Positions 48,702-59,742 of a stretch of 64,000 nucleotides of DNA are shown here, piece by piece. Under the pieces are notes generated by a model. It was not told the DNA's origin. It made no database searches and saw nothing but the letters and a program-made list of their open reading frames with translations. The position numbers were made by a program, and so were the translations under genes. The DNA is from an uncultured delta proteobacterium (GTDB taxonomy: Bacteria > Desulfobacterota > Desulfobacteria > Desulfobacterales > B30-G6), in NCBI GenBank assembly GCA_963823335.1, contig CAWGLD010000007.1:224001-288000 (forward strand), written 5' to 3'. How positions within the stretch are numbered: position 1 is the stretch's first letter; each line of letters begins with the position of its first letter.

Positions 48702-50452
48702 AGAAAAAAATGCCAAAAAACTACATCAAAATGCGCATTACCTTTGTAGGTATCTGTTTTTTTCTTTTAATATCAGTTATCTGTGCCAAAGCTATCTATC
48801 TGCAGGTATTCTGTGGGTCGTGGTTGTCAAAAAAAGCGGCCAATCAATACGAGAAATCGTTTGTCCAGGAAGGCAAGCGGGGAACCATCTATGATCGGGA
48901 TGGAAACGAACTGGCCGTCAGTATTGAAGGGACATCCATTGCCGCCTATCTGAATCAGATCGAGGACAAGACATCGACATCCCGGGCACTCGCCGGTATC
49001 CTCAACATGGACAGGCGTAAATTGCTGAAGCAGTTCCAGGCCAGGCAGGGGTTTGTCTGGGTAAAACGGCAGGCCACACCCAAAGAAGTCAGTGCCATCA
49101 AAACGCTCGATATAGAGGGTATCGGTTTCATCCCCGAATACAACCGGTTCTATCCCAACAAATCGGTTGCGGCACAGGTAATTGGTTTTACGGGTATCGA
49201 TGGTAACGGCCTCGAAGGGGCCGAGTATTATTATGACCAGGTTCTAAGCGGAACCGAAGAAAAATACACCGTGCTGAAGGATGCCCTGGGTCGAGGCTTT
49301 TCAAAAGACCTGGAAACAGAGGATCCTGTGTACCGATCGATTCACGGTGGCAAAAACATCGTCCTGACCATCGACCGCAACATTCAGTACATCACCGAGA
49401 CCGCCCTTGAAACTGCGGCAAAGGAATTCTCCGCCAAGTCCGGCATGGCCATCGTCATGGACCCGGGAACAGGCGAGATCCTGGCCTTGTCTCACTATCC
49501 ATCCTTCAATCCAAATGTTTTTGAACAGTACCCGCGCCATCTGTGGCGTAACCGGGCCCTGACAGATCCTTTTGAGCCCGGCTCCACCATGAAAATCTTC
49601 TCTGCAGCGGCTGCATTATCATCTGGAATCTGCAGCCCCAGCACCATTTTCTACTGTGAAAACGGTGCTTACAAGATCGGCTTGAACACCGTCAATGACA
49701 CACATCCCAGGGGCTGGCTCTCCCTGCAGCAGATTGTAAAATATTCCAGCAATATCGGGATTACCAAGGTTATCGAGATGGTGGGTTCTGAAACCCTGTA
49801 CAGCACATTGAAAAAATTCGGGTTCGGAAACAAGACCGGTCTGGATTGCCCGGGGGAAACCTCCGGAATCCTTACACCCAGCAATAAATGGTCTAAAATC
49901 GATACCAGCGCCATCGCATTTGGCCAGGGGATATCGACTTCGGCCGTACAGCTGGTGTCAGCGGCCGGCGCCATTGCAAACGGCGGTACACTCATGAAGC
50001 CTTTTATCGTGCAGTCCATCACCAGCGATAATGGCCGGGTTTTGAAACGGACAACACCCGAAATCACCGGTCGCGCCGTATCACCCGAAGTGGCATCCAT
50101 CGTCAAACGGATCATGCAAACCGTCGTCACAGAGGGCGGTACCGGCACCAGCGCTTTCCTCGATGGTTATACGGTTTGCGGTAAAACCGGAACCGCTCAA
50201 AAAACAGATCAAAGCGGCAACTACGCCCAGGGTAAATACACCTCATCCTTTTTAGGGTTTGCACCAGCCGACAACCCCAGGCTCGTTATTCTGGTGGTTA
50301 TCGATGAGCCCACCGGCGATCACTATGGCGGCATCGTGGCGGCACCGGCATTTCAGCAAATTGCCCATGAAACATTGCAACATCTGAATGTTCCGCCGGA
50401 AACGCCAAAGGGCGCCATCAAGGCCGTGCTGATCACGGGGGGCAACGGTTGA
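48698..50452 (+). CDS. ftsI: peptidoglycan transpeptidase PBP3
   Basis: RG.IYDR.G, EPGSTMK, SSN, KTGTAQ. Confidence 0.94.
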   Translation: MKKKMPKNYIKMRITFVGICFFLLISVICAKAIYLQVFCGSWLSKKAANQYEKSFVQEGKRGTIYDRDGNELAVSIEGTSIAAYLNQIEDKTSTSRALAGILNMDRRKLLKQFQARQGFVWVKRQATPKEVSAIKTLDIEGIGFIPEYNRFYPNKSVAAQVIGFTGIDGNGLEGAEYYYDQVLSGTEEKYTVLKDALGRGFSKDLETEDPVYRSIHGGKNIVLTIDRNIQYITETALETAAKEFSAKSGMAIVMDPGTGEILALSHYPSFNPNVFEQYPRHLWRNRALTDPFEPGSTMKIFSAAAALSSGICSPSTIFYCENGAYKIGLNTVNDTHPRGWLSLQQIVKYSSNIGITKVIEMVGSETLYSTLKKFGFGNKTGLDCPGETSGILTPSNKWSKIDTSAIAFGQGISTSAVQLVSAAGAIANGGTLMKPFIVQSITSDNGRVLKRTTPEITGRAVSPEVASIVKRIMQTVVTEGGTGTSAFLDGYTVCGKTGTAQKTDQSGNYAQGKYTSSFLGFAPADNPRLVILVVIDEPTGDHYGGIVAAPAFQQIAHETLQHLNVPPETPKGAIKAVLITGGNG

Positions 50453-52008
50453 AACTGAGCGATTTATATACGGCCCTTCATGAGGCCGGCATCAAGGTGG
50501 CTGAGGCTCAAAACAATGACACGACGATACCCAGGCAGGAGATCCAGGTGACATCCCTGCATTACAATACACGCAATGTAAGACCCGGCGGTCTTTTCGT
50601 TGCCATTGAAGGCTTTGCCACCGACGGTCACCGCTACATTCAGGACGCCGTCAAAATGGGAGCAGTGGCAGTGATCTCACAAAAACCGTCTGCAGCCCCC
50701 ATACCCGTTTTTCAGGTGCCTGACTCCCGAAAAGCCCTGGCTGTTCTGGCCGATCACTTTTTTGGAAGTCCCAGCAGGCACATGACCCTTATCGGCATCA
50801 CGGGGACCAACGGCAAGACAACCACTGCCTATCTTGTGGAAAACATCCTTCTCGCAGCCGGTTTCCACGTGGGTGTCATTGGAACCGTCAACTACCGCTA
50901 CAAGGGAAAAATATTTGAAAATCCCGTGACCACACCGGAATCCCTGGACCTCCAGCGAATTCTTGCAGAAATGCTGTCCGCGGGTGTCACCCATGTTGTC
51001 CTGGAAGTTTCTTCCCATGCCATCGACCTGTCGAGAGTCGAGGGCTGCCGGATGGACATGGGTGTATTTACGAATCTCACCCAGGACCATCTGGACTATC
51101 ATGGTGATATGGATCGATACTGGGCGTGTAAAAAGAAACTGTTTACCAAATACCTGGGGGTCGATAAAAAAGCCTTGGCAGTTATCAATACGGACAACCC
51201 GCAGGGTCTGGAACTTGTTTCAGACCTGACCTACCCATGCATGACAACAGGTTGCTCACCAGACAGCATGGTTCATGCCGAATCGATGACCATCGATTTA
51301 GACGGTATCAGGGGCAGTATTGCCACCCCCCAAGGTTCCATTCAATTCGATTCCGCCCTTGTCGGCCGGCACAATCTGGAAAATATTCTAAGTGCCACAG
51401 GTGTGGGATCAGCGCTGGCCCTGCCACCCGATGCAATACAGACCGGCATCGACCGGACACGATCGGTGCCGGGGCGGCTTGAGCGTGTTCCCGGGAGCCC
51501 GGGCCTGCCGGTCTACATTGATTACGCCCACACACCGGATGCCCTTGAAAATGTGCTCACGGCCCTGAAACAGCTGGCACCTGAACGCATCATCTGTATT
51601 TTTGGCTGCGGAGGCAACAGAGACAGGACCAAAAGGCCCCTGATGGGACAGATTGCAGCGGCCTTGTCCCATCTCACCATTGTCACCTCCGACAATCCGA
51701 GATCCGAAAATCCAGGAGACATTATCGACCAGATTCTGCCGGGCATCCGACATGTCTGTCAAAAAGAGTACGCCGTCAAGGAACTGAAGCAAGGTTTCAA
51801 AGACAGGGGTTTCTGCCGGGAACCCGACCGGAAACGTGCCATTGAAACAGGTATCCGGGCCGCAAAACCGGGTGATATGGTTCTCATTGCAGGCAAAGGC
51901 CATGAAACGTATCAGATTATCGGAGATACATCCAACCCCTTCGACGACCGGGCTGTGGCACAGTCCGTGTTGTCTGCACTACATGCGGAGGTAGATAAAC
52001 AGCGGTGA
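50449..52008 (+). CDS. murE: UDP-MurNAc-dipeptide:meso-DAP ligase
   Basis: GTNGKTT, TTP, EVSSH, DYAHTPD, DNPR, AGKGHE. Confidence 0.95.
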   Translation: MKLSDLYTALHEAGIKVAEAQNNDTTIPRQEIQVTSLHYNTRNVRPGGLFVAIEGFATDGHRYIQDAVKMGAVAVISQKPSAAPIPVFQVPDSRKALAVLADHFFGSPSRHMTLIGITGTNGKTTTAYLVENILLAAGFHVGVIGTVNYRYKGKIFENPVTTPESLDLQRILAEMLSAGVTHVVLEVSSHAIDLSRVEGCRMDMGVFTNLTQDHLDYHGDMDRYWACKKKLFTKYLGVDKKALAVINTDNPQGLELVSDLTYPCMTTGCSPDSMVHAESMTIDLDGIRGSIATPQGSIQFDSALVGRHNLENILSATGVGSALALPPDAIQTGIDRTRSVPGRLERVPGSPGLPVYIDYAHTPDALENVLTALKQLAPERIICIFGCGGNRDRTKRPLMGQIAAALSHLTIVTSDNPRSENPGDIIDQILPGIRHVCQKEYAVKELKQGFKDRGFCREPDRKRAIETGIRAAKPGDMVLIAGKGHETYQIIGDTSNPFDDRAVAQSVLSALHAEVDKQR

Positions 52009-53441
52009 TTACCCAGCAACCGACAGTCTGGTCCGTACGTGACATCATGGATGCCACCGGTGGTATTCTTTATGCCGGCAGCAAATCATCACGCTTTAAC
52101 GGGTTCAGCATCGATTCCAGGACCATTGGTCAGGATCAGTGCTTTATCTGTCTGACGGGTGATATCCATGACGGTCATACATTTATTCCGGATATTATCA
52201 GACAGGGTGTTTCGGGAATCATTCTTCACCAAGAGAAAACTGAACCGGCGCTGCTTACAAGCCTGGAAAAAGCCGGTGTCTTCTGTGTGGCCGTAAAAGA
52301 CACCCTGACAGCCCTCGGAGATCTTGCCTCGTTTCACCGGTTTCGATGGAATCTCTCTGTGATCACCCTGACCGGATCCAACGGCAAGACAACCACGCGT
52401 ACCATGATCACAGAGGTCGTCAACCGCCGATTCAAGACCCTGTCGCCGTTTGGCAACTTCAACAACCTGGTGGGGGTTCCCCTGACACTCCTGAGAGCCC
52501 GCCGGAGCCATGAATGGGCCATTCTGGAACTGGGGATGAATCGTCCCGGTGAAATTCGTCGATTAGGTCAGATCTGTTCGCCGGATATTGGTGTGATTAC
52601 CAACATCGGCCCGGCACACCTGGAAGGGCTGGGTTCTCTGGAAGGCATCATGAATGCCAAAGGTGAAATGCTCGAAACATTGTCATCAAAAGACAGGTTA
52701 ATTCTCAATGCCGACGACCCCATGGTTATGCGTCTGATCAAGCGGGCACCGTGTAAACCCATCCTGTTCGGTCTGTCCAAAAATGCGGATATCAGGGCAA
52801 CCGCCCTGAAAAACAACGCATCCAGCGTCTCCTTTCGGCTCCACGTCACCGGCGGCGATATCCAGGTGACCCTGCCCATCCCCGGAGCGTTCAACGTATC
52901 CAACGCGCTGGCTGCCGCTGCTGTGGGGCTGTGTCTCGAGATACCCTTAAACCAGATCAAAGCAGCCCTGGGGTCATTCATACCGGTCAAGGGAAGAATG
53001 AACATACTGCGGACGGTTGCCGGACCTCATCTCATCGATGACACCTACAATGCCAACCCGGAGTCGGTCAAAGCAGCCATTCGCACACTGGCCGGTCTCC
53101 GAAAAAAGCAGCGGGGAATGGCCGTGCTGGGAGACATGCTCGAACTCGGCCAGGCTTCCATGGACCTGCATGCCCAGGTCGGCAGGTTTGCGGCGGCATC
53201 GGGTCTGGCCAGGCTCTATGTAACGGGTAGTTTTGCCGATGCCGTCCGAAAAGGTGCCATAGATGGCGGAATGGCGACAGCAGACATCCTTTGCGGATCA
53301 AAAGATGACATTTTTGATGCACTCAAGAAAACCATCGAACCGAAGGACTGGATTCTGATCAAGGGATCCAGGGGTATGCGTATGGAAACCCTGGTTCAAG
53401 CACTTCAGGCCGAATACGGCCGAAGGGAAGTGTCAGCATGA
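52005..53441 (+). CDS. murF: UDP-MurNAc-tripeptide:D-Ala-D-Ala ligase
   Basis: GSNGKTT, N.NN..G.P, ELGMN..GEI, DD.YNANP.S, GDMLELG, KGSRG. Confidence 0.95.
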   Translation: MITQQPTVWSVRDIMDATGGILYAGSKSSRFNGFSIDSRTIGQDQCFICLTGDIHDGHTFIPDIIRQGVSGIILHQEKTEPALLTSLEKAGVFCVAVKDTLTALGDLASFHRFRWNLSVITLTGSNGKTTTRTMITEVVNRRFKTLSPFGNFNNLVGVPLTLLRARRSHEWAILELGMNRPGEIRRLGQICSPDIGVITNIGPAHLEGLGSLEGIMNAKGEMLETLSSKDRLILNADDPMVMRLIKRAPCKPILFGLSKNADIRATALKNNASSVSFRLHVTGGDIQVTLPIPGAFNVSNALAAAAVGLCLEIPLNQIKAALGSFIPVKGRMNILRTVAGPHLIDDTYNANPESVKAAIRTLAGLRKKQRGMAVLGDMLELGQASMDLHAQVGRFAAASGLARLYVTGSFADAVRKGAIDGGMATADILCGSKDDIFDALKKTIEPKDWILIKGSRGMRMETLVQALQAEYGRREVSA

Positions 53442-54517
53442 TTTACCACCTGCTATATCCGTTGCATACATCCATATCGGCTTTCAATGTGTTTCGGTAC
53501 ATAACGTTCCGGACGATTTATGCCAGTCTAACTGCCTTCATCATCTGTTTTTTGCTGGGGCCCTGGATCATACGGCGGCTCAGAATGCTTCAGGTGGGTC
53601 AATACATTCAGGAAGATGGTCCCGACACCCATCACACCAAGGCCGGCACACCCACCATGGGCGGTATCCTGATTCTATTTTCCATTCTGGTCTCGACGCT
53701 GCTGTGGGCCAATCTGACCAATGCCTACATCTGGGTCGTACTCCTGATCGTCGTCGGGTACGGGAGCATCGGCTTTGTGGATGACTATCTGATGCTCATT
53801 AAAAAACGTAACAAGGGACTATCGGCCAAAAGCAAGTTTTTCGCCCAGGCAGCCCTGGCTGCGGTGGCCGGATTCCTGCTCTATCTGAACCCGGACTTCG
53901 ACACCCGGGTGACCCTCCCGTTTTTCAAACAGATCTCCCCGAACCTGGGTCTCGGGTATATCGCCTTCGCTGTTCTGGTGATCGTGGGAACGTCCAATGC
54001 CGTCAATCTGACGGATGGACTGGATGGACTGGCCATCGGTCCTGTCATCATTGCAGCGGCCACGTATATGATTTTTGCCTATGTCACCGGTCATGTCAAA
54101 CTGGCAGAGTATCTCCAGATAAACTATGTGTCCGGCGGTGGAGAACTGGCCATCATGTGCGGTGCTATAGCCGGTGCCGGTCTCGGGTTTCTCTGGTTTA
54201 ACGCATACCCTGCCCAGATATTCATGGGTGACGTGGGCTCTCTTTCCCTGGGGGGTGCCCTGGGATCCATCGCCGTCATCACCAAACAGGAAATCCTGAT
54301 GGTTATCGTGGGCGGTCTTTTTGTCATCGAGGCGCTCTCGGTGATATTTCAGGTAAGTTTTTTCAAAATGACCAATGGGGGTCGCATATTCAGAATGGCG
54401 CCTTTGCACCATCACTTTGAATTGAAAGGGGTCCCGGAACCCAAGATCATTGTTCGATTCTGGATAATTGCCATCGCCCTGGCACTGATTTCCATGAGCA
54501 CATTGAAATTGAGATAG
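53438..54517 (+). CDS. mraY: phospho-MurNAc-pentapeptide transferase
   Basis: [39 protein letters not shown]. Confidence 0.97.
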   Translation: MIYHLLYPLHTSISAFNVFRYITFRTIYASLTAFIICFLLGPWIIRRLRMLQVGQYIQEDGPDTHHTKAGTPTMGGILILFSILVSTLLWANLTNAYIWVVLLIVVGYGSIGFVDDYLMLIKKRNKGLSAKSKFFAQAALAAVAGFLLYLNPDFDTRVTLPFFKQISPNLGLGYIAFAVLVIVGTSNAVNLTDGLDGLAIGPVIIAAATYMIFAYVTGHVKLAEYLQINYVSGGGELAIMCGAIAGAGLGFLWFNAYPAQIFMGDVGSLSLGGALGSIAVITKQEILMVIVGGLFVIEALSVIFQVSFFKMTNGGRIFRMAPLHHHFELKGVPEPKIIVRFWIIAIALALISMSTLKLR

Positions 54518-54520
54518 GCA

Positions 54521-55924
54521 ATGGAACTTGCACACACAAAAGCACTGGTGGTTGGCATGGGGCGATCCGGCTTCGAGACAGCCTCCTTTCTGGCCCAACG
54601 GGGCGCAGCGGTCACAATTTCGGAAATGGCGGGAGAAAATGAAATGGGTGAAGCCGCCCGTAAATTTCGTGAACTGGGTGTACGGACCGAGTTCGGAGGG
54701 CATGCCGCGAAAACCTTCACCGAGGCTGACTTCATTGTCATCAGCCCCGGGGTACCCCATACGATTCCGCCTGTTCGGGCTGCGCAAGAAAAGGGAATCC
54801 CTTTGATGGGTGAAATCGAACTGGCATCCCGCTTTATCAAAGAGCCGATGATCGCCGTGACAGGGACCAATGGGAAAACCACAACCACCCGGCTCATCGG
54901 CGACATGCTGGAACACTCGGGACAGACCGTATTTGTGGGCGGAAACATCGGCAACCCATTGATCGGCTACCTGACCGGTCCTAAAAATGCCCATCGCCTG
55001 GTGGTGGAAGTCAGCAGTTTCCAGCTCGATACGATCACATCGTTCCGACCGGACATCAGTCTGCTTTTGAACATTACCGACGACCATCTGGACCGCTATT
55101 CAGACATAGAGGCCTATGCAAAAGCCAAGGGCCGTATCCTGGAGAACCAGAACAAGAACGACATCACTGTGCTGAACGGTGAAGACAGACGCATCAGGAA
55201 ACTCTGTGTCACCTGCAAACCCGAGAAGGTGTTTTTCGCGGGTCGCCTGGAAAAGGAAAAAGGGGCTGATATCGGGACACATGCCATCACATTTCACGGT
55301 CTGGATCGTCTCCAGGGAAAAGACCCGCAAAAAAGAAAACCCGGTCAGCACTTACACGAAAACCGGGCGGCCATCGCGTTGGAACGTGTAGCAGTGAAAT
55401 GCCGGCACGAGCTGGAAAATATTTCCGCCGCCGCTCTGGCAGCACTGGTTGCCGGCGGAACACTGACCGGAATACAGAAAGCTCTTGAAGCATTCAGGGG
55501 ACTGCCCCATCGCATGGAACGTGTGGCCACCCTGGATGGCATTGTCTTTTACAATGACTCCAAGGCCACCAACGTGGACGCGGTTCTGCGGGCAATAGAA
55601 TGTCTGCAGGGCCCTATCCACCTAATCATGGGCGGACGGGACAAGGGCGGGCAGTTTCATTTGCTTGAAGCGTCTGTCCGAGAGAAGGTCAAAAACCTGA
55701 TTCTGCTGGGTGAAGCATCAGGGGAAATCAAAACCGCTCTGGGGAACCTGACCACCACCAGAATCGTTAAGACCATGACAGACGCCGTGGCGTTTGCGCA
55801 TGCCGCAGCATCTTCGGGTGAAGTGGTTCTCCTGTCACCCGCATGTGCCAGTTTCGATATGTATCGAGATTACAAGGAACGCGGTGACGCGTTCCGCAAG
55901 ATCGTATGTCAGCGGAATAAATGA
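54521..55924 (+). CDS. murD: UDP-MurNAc-L-Ala:D-Glu ligase
   Basis: G.G.SG, SPG.P, GTNGKTT, GGNIG, EVSSFQL, DHLDR, NDSKATN, SPACASFD. Confidence 0.96.
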   Translation: MELAHTKALVVGMGRSGFETASFLAQRGAAVTISEMAGENEMGEAARKFRELGVRTEFGGHAAKTFTEADFIVISPGVPHTIPPVRAAQEKGIPLMGEIELASRFIKEPMIAVTGTNGKTTTTRLIGDMLEHSGQTVFVGGNIGNPLIGYLTGPKNAHRLVVEVSSFQLDTITSFRPDISLLLNITDDHLDRYSDIEAYAKAKGRILENQNKNDITVLNGEDRRIRKLCVTCKPEKVFFAGRLEKEKGADIGTHAITFHGLDRLQGKDPQKRKPGQHLHENRAAIALERVAVKCRHELENISAAALAALVAGGTLTGIQKALEAFRGLPHRMERVATLDGIVFYNDSKATNVDAVLRAIECLQGPIHLIMGGRDKGGQFHLLEASVREKVKNLILLGEASGEIKTALGNLTTTRIVKTMTDAVAFAHAAASSGEVVLLSPACASFDMYRDYKERGDAFRKIVCQRNK

Positions 55925-57033
55925 AAAATTCAGAAACCACAGCATTGACCTATGATATCACGCTCCTTTTCTCGGTGCTTTTCCTGGTTGGCATCGGGAT
56001 CGTGATGGTCTACAGCGCAAGCTCGGCGCTTGCACTCAAGAAATTCAGTTCAGACTACTATTTTCTGAAGCGGCAGGCCTTTTTTTCTCTGATGGGCATG
56101 ATTGCGCTGGTGGCCTGCGGACACATCCCCCTGCCTGTTTACAGATCCCTGGCGTATCCTCTGCTGGCCACCGCTCTTATTCTCCTGTTGCTGGTGCCCT
56201 TCAGTAACTTTGGTGTCACAGCCGGGGGGGCCAAACGGTGGCTCAGCATCATGGGTATTTCGTTCCAGCCGTCAGAAATCGCCCGTCTGGCCATGGTCGT
56301 ATACCTGGCCTTTTCCTTGAGCAAAAAGCAGGATAATATCAAAGACTTTTCCATTGGATTCCTGCCCCATCTTATCGTTCTGTGCATCTTTACAGGTCTC
56401 ATCCTCCTGCAACCGGATTTTGGGTCTGTGGTTATTCTCGGCACCATTACCTGGATTTTGCTGTTCGTGGGCGGCGTCCGGCTGAGATACCTGTTCTCTT
56501 TTGTCCTGCTGATTCTGCCCATGATCTATTACGTCATGCTTAACGCCGACTACCGACTCCGCCGAATTACCAGTTTCCTGGATCCCTGGCAGTATCCAAC
56601 AGAAGATGGCTATCAAATCATACATTCACTCATGGCTTTCGGCACAGGAGGTGTCTGGGGAGCCGGAATCGGCAAGGGGTATCAGAAACTCTTTTATCTG
56701 CCGGAACCGCACACGGATTTTATTTTCTCGGTGATCGGAGAGGAACTCGGTCTTGTGGGCATCTTGGTAATCGTATCTCTATACGCGCTCATTCTGTGGC
56801 GAGGCGTCAGCATTGCACGAAATGCTGGGGATTCTTTCTCGGTCTTCATGGCCACCGGTATTACGGCGTCAATTCTGCTGCAGGTATGCGTCAACATGTG
56901 CGTTACCCTCGGTCTGCTTCCCACAAAAGGATTGACGCTGCCGTTTCTAAGCTACGGGGGCACATCACTACTGGTCAACATGGCTTCCATAGGTATTCTT
57001 ATGAACATAGGGGCACGACATGCTGCAAAATAG
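55921..57033 (+). CDS. ftsW: SEDS peptidoglycan polymerase FtsW
   Basis: MVYSAS, A.RW, QPSE, QPD.G, PEPHTDFI, P.KG..LPF.SYGG. Confidence 0.95.
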   Translation: MKNSETTALTYDITLLFSVLFLVGIGIVMVYSASSALALKKFSSDYYFLKRQAFFSLMGMIALVACGHIPLPVYRSLAYPLLATALILLLLVPFSNFGVTAGGAKRWLSIMGISFQPSEIARLAMVVYLAFSLSKKQDNIKDFSIGFLPHLIVLCIFTGLILLQPDFGSVVILGTITWILLFVGGVRLRYLFSFVLLILPMIYYVMLNADYRLRRITSFLDPWQYPTEDGYQIIHSLMAFGTGGVWGAGIGKGYQKLFYLPEPHTDFIFSVIGEELGLVGILVIVSLYALILWRGVSIARNAGDSFSVFMATGITASILLQVCVNMCVTLGLLPTKGLTLPFLSYGGTSLLVNMASIGILMNIGARHAAK

Positions 57034-58174
57034 AACCATCCGGATGATTTCCCTGGTAATTGCCGGCGGAGGTACGGGCGGACATTTATTTCCAGGCATT
57101 GCCGTTGCGGAAGAAGTTCTGGCCGCCGACACGCACAGCCATGTATGCTTCATCGGTACTGGGAATCGTTTTGAAACCAGCGTTTTAAGTGCTAAAGGTT
57201 TCGAACAGAAGCACATCCGGGTCCAGAGCCTGAAGGGGAAAACCATCCTCCAGCAGATCAAGGCCCTGGCTTTCCTTCCCTGGAGTATTTTGGCGGCAAT
57301 ATGGTTACTCAAGAAACCCCGTCCGGATGTCGTGCTGGGTGTGGGAGGATATTCTGCCGGTCCTGTGGTAATCGCTGCCTGGATTCTGCGCATTCCCAGA
57401 GCGCTTCACGAGCAGAATGTGATTCCCGGTATGACCAACCGTATGCTCTCATATTTTGCAGACCGGATTTATGTGTCCTTTGCGGGCACCCGAATCAAAG
57501 CGCCGGCAAATAAAATCCATCTGACAGGGAATCCTGTGAGAAAAGAAATACTGTCCTGCTTGAAAAGCACCCCCCCCGCCACAAGAGCTTCCGTGACCCC
57601 TGACAAGCCCTTCACCGTCTTCATCGTCGGTGGGAGCCAGGGAGCGCACCGTATCAACACGGCTGTCATGGCGGCCCTGTCACACATCACGTCTAAGGAC
57701 AGGATCGTCTTCATCCATCAGACAGGCGCTGCGGATGAAGATCTTGTTAGAGAAGCATACCGTCGGCACAAAATTACCGGAACAGCAAAAACCTTCTTTC
57801 ATCACATGGAAAAGCATTATCGAAAAGCAGATCTGGTAATCTGCAGAGCCGGGGCATCGACCATCGCCGAGCTGACGGTGCTGGGGAAAAGCGTTATCTT
57901 CGTTCCCTATCCATTTGCAGCCGATGACCACCAGGCCCTCAATGCCCGCCAACTCGTTTCCGTGGGAGCGGCGGAGCTGATCCTTGAAAAAGACCTGAGC
58001 GGAGAGCTTCTGGCCAAAAAAATCGAGCACTATGCATCGTCGCCGGATAAACTCGCCATCATGGCCGCCAACATGCGAAAACAGGCCCAGCCGGATGCGG
58101 CCAGAGCTATCGCGCAGGATTTATACGAACTCGCAGCTTCGAAGGAAAAAGCGGTGAGTGGTGTTAGGTTTTAG
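57020..58174 (+). CDS. murG: lipid II GlcNAc transferase
   Basis: GGGTGGH.FP, GGY, HEQN, GNPVR, GGSQGA, RAGAST, HQ..NA. Confidence 0.96.
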   Translation: MLQNRTIRMISLVIAGGGTGGHLFPGIAVAEEVLAADTHSHVCFIGTGNRFETSVLSAKGFEQKHIRVQSLKGKTILQQIKALAFLPWSILAAIWLLKKPRPDVVLGVGGYSAGPVVIAAWILRIPRALHEQNVIPGMTNRMLSYFADRIYVSFAGTRIKAPANKIHLTGNPVRKEILSCLKSTPPATRASVTPDKPFTVFIVGGSQGAHRINTAVMAALSHITSKDRIVFIHQTGAADEDLVREAYRRHKITGTAKTFFHHMEKHYRKADLVICRAGASTIAELTVLGKSVIFVPYPFAADDHQALNARQLVSVGAAELILEKDLSGELLAKKIEHYASSPDKLAIMAANMRKQAQPDAARAIAQDLYELAASKEKAVSGVRF

Positions 58175-58200
58175 GTTGGCTTACAGCCAAGAGCGACAAT

Positions 58201-58261
58201 AAATGACGCGCGTAGCGCAAATGACGTCCGCAGGACGAATATAGCCCGAAGGGCAAATGAC
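58201..58261 (+). repeat. second array of the 18-bp mini-hairpin unit (3 units)
   Basis: aaatgac-gcgcgtagcgc-aaatgac-gtccgcaggac-gaatata-gcccgaagggc-aaatgac; reverse complement of the 45718-45854 family. Confidence 0.8.
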
Positions 58262-58338
58262 ATCTGAAATAATGGATGAACTGAAATTATAACAAGCAAC
58301 TAAACATCGTTCGGCAAAACGAGGAAACAGGCAAGTAA

Positions 58339-59721
58339 ATGTACCATAAACAATATCATATCCATTTTGTCGGAATCGGCGGCATCGGAATGAGTGGAAT
58401 TGCAGAGTTGTTGATCAATCTTGGATACACGGTGTCCGGCTCAGATATTACACTGTCCGATATTACCAGTCGTCTTGAGACACTCGGCGGCACCATATAC
58501 CGTGGTCACAGCGGAGCGAACATCCAGAATGCTGACGTGGTGGTCACATCTTCGGCCGTGAAAAGCAGCAACGCTGAAGTTCTGGCAGCAGAACAGCTCG
58601 CCATTCCCGTGATCCCCAGAGCAGAAATGCTTGCCGAGCTCATGCGTCTGAAATACAGCATCGCTATTGCCGGCGCCCATGGCAAGACATCCACCACATC
58701 TATCGTTTCATCTATTCTGGCCGAGGGAGGGCTGGATCCCACGGTGGTCATCGGAGGCAGGTTGAAGAGTATCGGGTCCAACGCGCTGCTCGGGCAAGGA
58801 GAGTACATCGTTGCCGAGGCCGATGAAAGTGATGGTTCCTTTCTCAAGATGTCCCCGGCCATTGCCGTGGTTACCAATATCGACCGGGAGCATCTGGATT
58901 ACTATCCGGACATCTCCGCAATTAAAAATGCATTTTTGGAATTTATCCAGAAGGTTCCCTTTTATGGTTTAGGGGTACTCTGTCTGGACAACGAGCATAT
59001 TCAGGAACTCTTACCGGCCATCAAGAAGCGGTTTGTCACCTATGGCATGAGTTCCCAAGCCGATGTGCAGGCCAGAAATGTCCGTTTTGAAGGGCTGAAA
59101 AGCCGATTCGATATCTATTCTGAGGGTGAAACCCTAGGAGAAATTTATCTCAATCTGCCTGGCAACCACAGTATCGCCAATGCCATGGCAGGTATTGCCG
59201 TCGGACGCGAGTTGGGTATCCCTTTTCCTGTCATCAAGACAGCACTCGAAAAGGTTGAAGGTGTCCAGAGACGACTTGAAATCAAAGGCGAGCAGAACGG
59301 TATCACCGTGGTGGATGACTATGGACACCATCCCACCGAAATCAAGGCCACGCTCCAGGCCATCAAGGATGCCTGGCCGAACCGTCGAAAAGTAGTGGTG
59401 TTTCAGCCGCACCGGTATTCGAGGACCCAGGCATTGTTTCATGAATTCACGCGTTCTTTTTATCAATCAAATGTTCTGCTGGTGCTGCCCATTTACTCGG
59501 CAGGTGAACAGATTATTGAGGGCGTCAACGGACACGACCTGTGTGAAGGTATCATGGCCCACGGCCACAAAGAAGTCATCAGCACGGACGGTATCGACAG
59601 CGCCGTTGGTCACTTACAAAAAATACTGCGCAGGGATGACGTCCTGCTGACCCTCGGAGCCGGAGATGTCTGGAAAGTGGGTGAGGCAGTGTTGACGAGG
59701 GTTGGAGGGTTGGAGGGTTGA
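58339..59721 (+). CDS. murC: UDP-MurNAc:L-Ala ligase
   Basis: HFVGIGGIGMSGIA, GAHGKTSTT, EADESD, DDYGHHPTE, FQPHRY.RT. Confidence 0.97.
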   Translation: MYHKQYHIHFVGIGGIGMSGIAELLINLGYTVSGSDITLSDITSRLETLGGTIYRGHSGANIQNADVVVTSSAVKSSNAEVLAAEQLAIPVIPRAEMLAELMRLKYSIAIAGAHGKTSTTSIVSSILAEGGLDPTVVIGGRLKSIGSNALLGQGEYIVAEADESDGSFLKMSPAIAVVTNIDREHLDYYPDISAIKNAFLEFIQKVPFYGLGVLCLDNEHIQELLPAIKKRFVTYGMSSQADVQARNVRFEGLKSRFDIYSEGETLGEIYLNLPGNHSIANAMAGIAVGRELGIPFPVIKTALEKVEGVQRRLEIKGEQNGITVVDDYGHHPTEIKATLQAIKDAWPNRRKVVVFQPHRYSRTQALFHEFTRSFYQSNVLLVLPIYSAGEQIIEGVNGHDLCEGIMAHGHKEVISTDGIDSAVGHLQKILRRDDVLLTLGAGDVWKVGEAVLTRVGGLEG

Positions 59722-59742
59722 AGGGTAGCTTAATGCTCAAAC

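Noticed and set aside
53819-55087. 422-aa - strand ORF
   Set aside because: Antisense shadow of mraY/murD.
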